From: Hyaloraphidium curvatum SAG 235-1
Taxonomy: Eukaryota > Fungi > Monoblepharomycota
Direction of reading: 5' to 3'
DNA length: 64,000 nucleotides
NCBI GenBank assembly: GCA_025558095.1
Contig: JAIVFI010000018.1
Span: forward strand, 310,001 to 374,000
Below, piece after piece: positions 59,401-64,000 of this stretch (positions within the stretch are counted from its first letter, which is position 1; each line of letters begins with the position of its first letter). A model generated the notes under the pieces. It saw only the letters and a list, made by a program, of their open reading frames with translations, ran no database searches and was not told the origin of the DNA. A program made the position numbers and the translations under genes.

Positions 59401-60139
59401 TGGTCATCTTTTTCGTCACCACTTTGCGCCGAGTTGTAGTCTTTCGCCTCCGCGCCGTCGTCTTCCTGCGCTTGGCGGTCGTGCGTCGGAAGCCCTTCTT
59501 GGTCGTCTTCTTCGCCTGGCGAGCGAGGAGACGGTGTTCCTCGGCAGGAGCATCTTCCGGCGAAACCATGGTCGTCTTCTTGACCCGCCGAGCAAGGAGA
59601 CGGTGTTCGTCGGCAGGACCATCGTCCAGCGAAACAGTGGAGCTTGCAGCGTATTTGGAAGCATCGGCGACCTCGCCAAGGATCCAGGCGGCGACGGTTC
59701 TCGTCAATTCCGCCCACTGAGCCCGCGATGCACTGTAGGCCTTGTTCAGCATCCCTCGCAGCCCTGTGCCGTACTGCAGACGATAGAAATCCGCCAGCAG
59801 CTTCTCGTTCCTCTCATCGATGATCTTCTGTCGCATCTTCTTCGCTTCTGGGTCCATTAATGCCCTCCGCTCGAGCGCGCGTTTCCGGAACAGCTGGTCT
59901 CGCGCGTTTCCCTCGGCCCGCGCAGCCTCCCCGGCCCGGAAGGCCTCCCAATCGATCTCCAGCTTCAGTCGCTCCCGCGCTGCGCGCCTGTCCACGCGCA
60001 TATCGTCGGGAACGTCGCGCGGGTGCATGTCATGCACCGCCGGGGTCGTGGGTGCGGCATCCCCGCTGTCGGCTCGGGCAGCCGCGGAGAGCAGGCTTAA
60101 CTGCGCCGAGACGACGAGGAACAACGCAACGAGGCGCAT
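56423..60139 (-). CDS. Large secreted modular protein (signal peptide, basic pro-region, ricin-B-like lectin, Thr/Pro linker, FN3, ConA/LamG-like domains)
   Basis: Exons correspond to ORFs 58421..60139, 57879..59717 (3' part), 57874..58137, 57419..57991, 56728..57654 and 56423..56917, linked by GT-AG introns such as the one at about 58584-58640. Confidence 0.7.
59501..59638 (-). repeat. 69-bp internal duplication encoding (D.PA.EHRLLAR..KKTT)x2
   Basis: Two near-identical units with period 69. Confidence 0.85.
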
Positions 60140-62083
60140 CGTGGGGCCCCGGCCACCGGGAGCGAGGAAATGACTTGAGGGCGACCGTCGGCGTCAGCAC
60201 AGCCAGCGGTTTTGGAGGATTGCGGCGTCGGCGGCGGGGGGACAAACGCCGAAACGAGGGTCGGATGCCGCAACTCTTTCCATGCATCGAAGTGAAATTC
60301 CGGTTGAGCATACGTACATGATCGACCTTGCTTTGTCTCCGTGCCTTTGGGGCCAAGCGACAGCACACCTCATGCAGGGGCAACAGGCCAGGGAGCAACG
60401 CAACGCCACCTTCCGGTAGTTCATTCTTGTGGTAACTAGGGAAAGACGGATGCATGCAGTCGTGCCGTGAGGATTACGGTAGTCCGCTGCCAGTTAGAAA
60501 TCGGAACAACAACAAAACCACAGACCCCCCGGCGTCGCCACTTTCAAAGGCCCTAGTGCGGGCGGTTCGGAAACACCGGGCCCAGGAAACCCGCATGGCC
60601 GCTCTCCAGATGTAGCGACGCGGCAACCGTTACCGTCGTGGCAGTCCCCAACGCAACCAGCAAGGCAGCTCCACCAGCGCCACTGCACCTGCAAAAGCAA
60701 ACCAACTTTTCCTACCTCCGGCGCTACATCGCAGACGACTTCTATATTCAGTGTTGCCTTTTGAACACCTTTTTGAAGAATGGTCCCGTCACCAAGCTAC
60801 AGGTCAAATTCAACTCCAGATCCCGCCTTGCCTCTGCTTCCAGCCGCGCCTGCTCCTGTTTCAACGCTCCCAAGTCCGTCTCCATTCGCCGCAAAGTCCG
60901 CCCAATCCTTTCCACTTCCCTCTAGAGTTCATGGATTGATGAGCTCGCTTCGACATTCGGTCGCCGTCGTGCTGCATCCGTCCCTAACGTCCGTGCGCAG
61001 TTTGATGCTCCATTGTCATGCACAGAGGGGGTTTGTGGTCCGGAGACGTTCCGAGATGGCAAAGGCGGGATTTGAAGCGCGTTCGCGAGGAAGAAGTGCG
61101 AACGCAGACCGCGGTCCAGAACAGCACAGCACGTCACCCTCGACGACCTCACCCTCAGCTCGTAATGCCGCACCGATATACGGTGGAGAACAGCGCGGCT
61201 GTCAGTAGTCTCTTACGCGATTCCTGGTTCCACCCCTGGGATGGCAGTACGGGCTCGCGCGTGGACCGTGGCCCGAAAAACTGGAAACGAACTGCCGAGC
61301 GAACTCCCCTCCCCGACCTGCACACGCATCCCGCTTAAACGGCACCTAGGCGGCGCCAGGAGCATCTCGGAAGGCGATGCCGACGGCGCGGCTCCGTTTT
61401 GCGCCCGATCGTCGTCGCTACGAGGACCGAAGTGCCGCGGTTGTGTCGAACCGCTGCGCTCCCGTTTCGCGACGTGCCATGGCAGGCATTCCACAGAAAG
61501 ATGGCCGAGCTCCCAGAATTCCACGTCGGAAAACGACTCGAGGGGATCTCGGCCGCTCAGAAGCCGATTCTGGGGAACCCGCACCGCATCGGTTTGGCGC
61601 TAGACCGTGTCGCCCCGCCAGAGCACTGCAAGCGATGGATCCGGCGGTCGCGGCTCTCCTCCTCTCGAGCTCAATGGATAAAGTGCTTTGCCCGCGGGTA
61701 TATGGAGCCGCCGCGCTGCCAACCGCCGGCGCGCGGACGGTGCGGCGCCCGAATCCCTCAGCTGGTGGCCGAATCGAAAAAGGTGCAAAGGGCGGCGCGA
61801 GTTCCTTCGGGTCTAATAGTTCGGCCGGAGTGGAGTAAGGAGCCTTCGCGGATCCCGGGAGTCCGATCCCGCTTCGGCTGGTCCGAGCGCGCCGGAGTTG
61901 CCGGGACCCCCGGTCAATCGACTCGGGCTGGTGAAACCCCCGGCAACCAGGCGGAGCTCCCAGCGGCAGAAGGCCGGGAACTGTATGGAATCGGGCTTTT
62001 GGACGCGTGGCCTTGGGTTAGGCGGGCCATGTGGGCGCGGCGACCCGCACGCCGGCCCCCCAACCCGTGGCCCGCCCGCCACG

Positions 62084-64000
62084 ATGGGCGTCGGCAAGGG
62101 AAGATGGCAGGGTGTTTCTCTGCCGCCGCGGGCCCCGCCGCCGCCGAAGCCCAGGAGGGGCAAGCGGTGGACCATCCCCGAGAAGGGCGAGAAGCCGAGC
62201 CTGCTGTGCGCCGCCGTGCTCGCCCTCCTCGGCACCATCAACGCCGCCTCCGCTCTCGCGCTTGCCGTGCACGGCACCTCCAGCCTCCCCACCCCCACCC
62301 CGGTTGCCCTCGCCGACCCTGCCCACCACGTCATCGCGCCCCCTCACGTGACGCTGCTCCATGCCGCCTCCATGATGGCGGCCGTCGCGGTCCTGTTCGC
62401 TCTGGACGCTGCGATGGACTGGCTGGCTGAGGTGCTCGGGGTGAGCGAGGAGGTCGGCTGGATGGGTGCCGGTGCCCGTTGGGTGGTGTCGGCGGCGCCC
62501 GGGGTGCGGGAGTGGGCGAGGAGGAAAATGGGCTGCCGGGCACGCAAGAACGGCAAATTTCCGGTTGCTCGAACCGTCACACGCACCCTTGCCGCTTCGG
62601 CCGCCATCATCGCCATCTTGGCCGCGATGAGGCGTGGACTCGGCGGATCCGTGACTTGGTCCAACCTGACCGACGCGGCCATGCTCCTCCCCATCGGCTT
62701 CTTCACCGTGACGATGCTCCAGTGGATCCAGGCGGATTTAGCGCCCCGCAAGAGCAAGCAGCTTCGCCTTCTGCGCAGGTGCAGGACCGCCAAGATCCTC
62801 AAGCCCTCCGCTGCGTCACCCGGATACGTCAACGTCGCCACCGCAACTGGAGTCGTTTTCGTCACGGCGGTTGCGTACATTCTGTCGTCACCGTGGTTGT
62901 CTTCCTTTCCATTCGACGCCGGCATCTCCATCCTCGTCGCCGCAGTCCTCGCCTTTGCCGACAGCCGGAGATGGTGGAGGTCAGACTCCACTGGCCGCTG
63001 GATCTCGAACATCACAATGGCCATCGGCGACTGGGTGTCAGATCCGTGCCTGGTAACCCTTCGCGGCGTGCGCGCCCACGTGAACGAGGCACTGGACCGG
63101 GAGCGCAAGCTACACGGCCTTTCGCTCGCCGCGCCGAGCCGCCATGCCCGCCGGCGCGCGACGCGCACGTCGCGCGGTCTCTCTCGCCCAAGGCTGCTGC
63201 CTCGGGCGCCGCGATGCCGCCTGCTCCTGGCCGTCGCACTGGGAGTGGTCCGCGTGCTCTTGGGCGCGCGGTCGCTGGTCGGTAGCATTCCTGTGCTGGC
63301 AAAGCACCTGCTCGAGCCCATTCTGAACTGGGCTTCGGAGGAGGGGCAGAAGGTCGGCCCGCCGACGGTCCCTGGTGCCTGGATGGACATGGACGAGGCG
63401 GCAAGGCAGCGTCTTGCCACTCTGCTGACCGGTAGGCACATGCACTTGGGTCGATGGCAGGATGGTCTGATCGACGCCGTCGTTGAAGCCAAGGAGATCA
63501 ACTGGTTCGTCCAGTCCGCCGAGGAACAAGGCTCCTATCACGATCGGCTCGCACGTGCCTTTACCTCCCCCGCCTTCGCGGCTCAGGACAGGCGCCTGGA
63601 GCACTGGCTCACTGGTTCGTCTGTTCCGCTTCCGGACACGCGCTTTCTGATCAAATGCCCACAGTGGACGAGATCCTCGCCGCGAAGCTGTGCCGCGCGT
63701 GGTTCCGCGCCCCGTGGGACCCTGACGCGCAAGCGTGGATGTCTGTTCCTGCGGCGGCCCAGAGCCGCTCGACCCGGCGGCGGCGGCACAGGCGGTTCAG
63801 GCTCCTCCTCGGCCCCGTACTCGCACTCGCGACCAAGACAGCTTGGCTCGCCAACGAGGCTTTGCTGAGCATAGAGACGCAGACTGCGGAGCTCAACGGC
63901 GAGAATCCTGTGCTTGGAACGGACGACCTCCCGCCGCTGTGCCGCAAGACCCGCGAGGTCATCTTGGCCGAAATTGCATTCCTGAGCGCTCCCAGGTAGG
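62084..64000 (+). CDS. Hypothetical multi-pass membrane protein, continues off the window end
   Basis: Long ORF with several hydrophobic segments. Intron 63615-63664 joins it in phase to ORF 63655..63999, and another donor (AG|GTAGG) lies at 63996. Confidence 0.5.

Noticed and set aside
1-64000. tRNA/rRNA genes, transposases or reverse transcriptases, U12-type introns, and selenoprotein in-frame TGA codons
   Set aside because: I looked by eye and found no supporting motifs. tRNAscan, Rfam and Seblastian would be needed to exclude them formally.

Overview
This is eukaryotic DNA, not prokaryotic: GC-rich, gene-dense fungal-type sequence with many short (about 50-70 nt) spliceosomal introns. 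The gene set includes chitin synthase, Ura2 with an inactive DHOase domain, Ska1, GDP-mannose dehydratase and ZRANB2. That points to an early-diverging zoosporic fungus; a monoblepharid such as Hyaloraphidium is my inference and is not verified. Most ORF-track entries are antisense or off-frame shadows caused by the high GC content. I reconstruct about 33 spliced genes. Most are housekeeping genes: class IV chitin synthase, SKA1, a HAL-family kinase, an ALDH, a KH protein, GMD, F-box proteins including RCY1, an INP54-like phosphatase, UBA4, ZRANB2, prefoldin 2, PAM17, CPA1, ZIP9/ATX2, NDUFAF5, LCB1, URA2, CCT7, bL27m, SEY1 and SPC2. The most notable items are: (1) an orphan 7-TM protein with the C-terminal architecture of the insect gustatory/odorant receptor superfamily; (2) a long, strongly base-paired first intron of CCT7 behind an ATG-only exon, a candidate intronic ncRNA, with a similar arrangement in URA2; (3) bacterial-like enzymes carrying introns, i.e. 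HGT candidates; (4) a large modular secreted lectin/FN3 protein; (5) extreme gene packing, with stop codons 3-14 bp apart and divergent ATGs 59-116 bp apart; (6) GC-AG introns and a CAAX micro-exon. All family calls come from motif recognition by eye; no searches were run.
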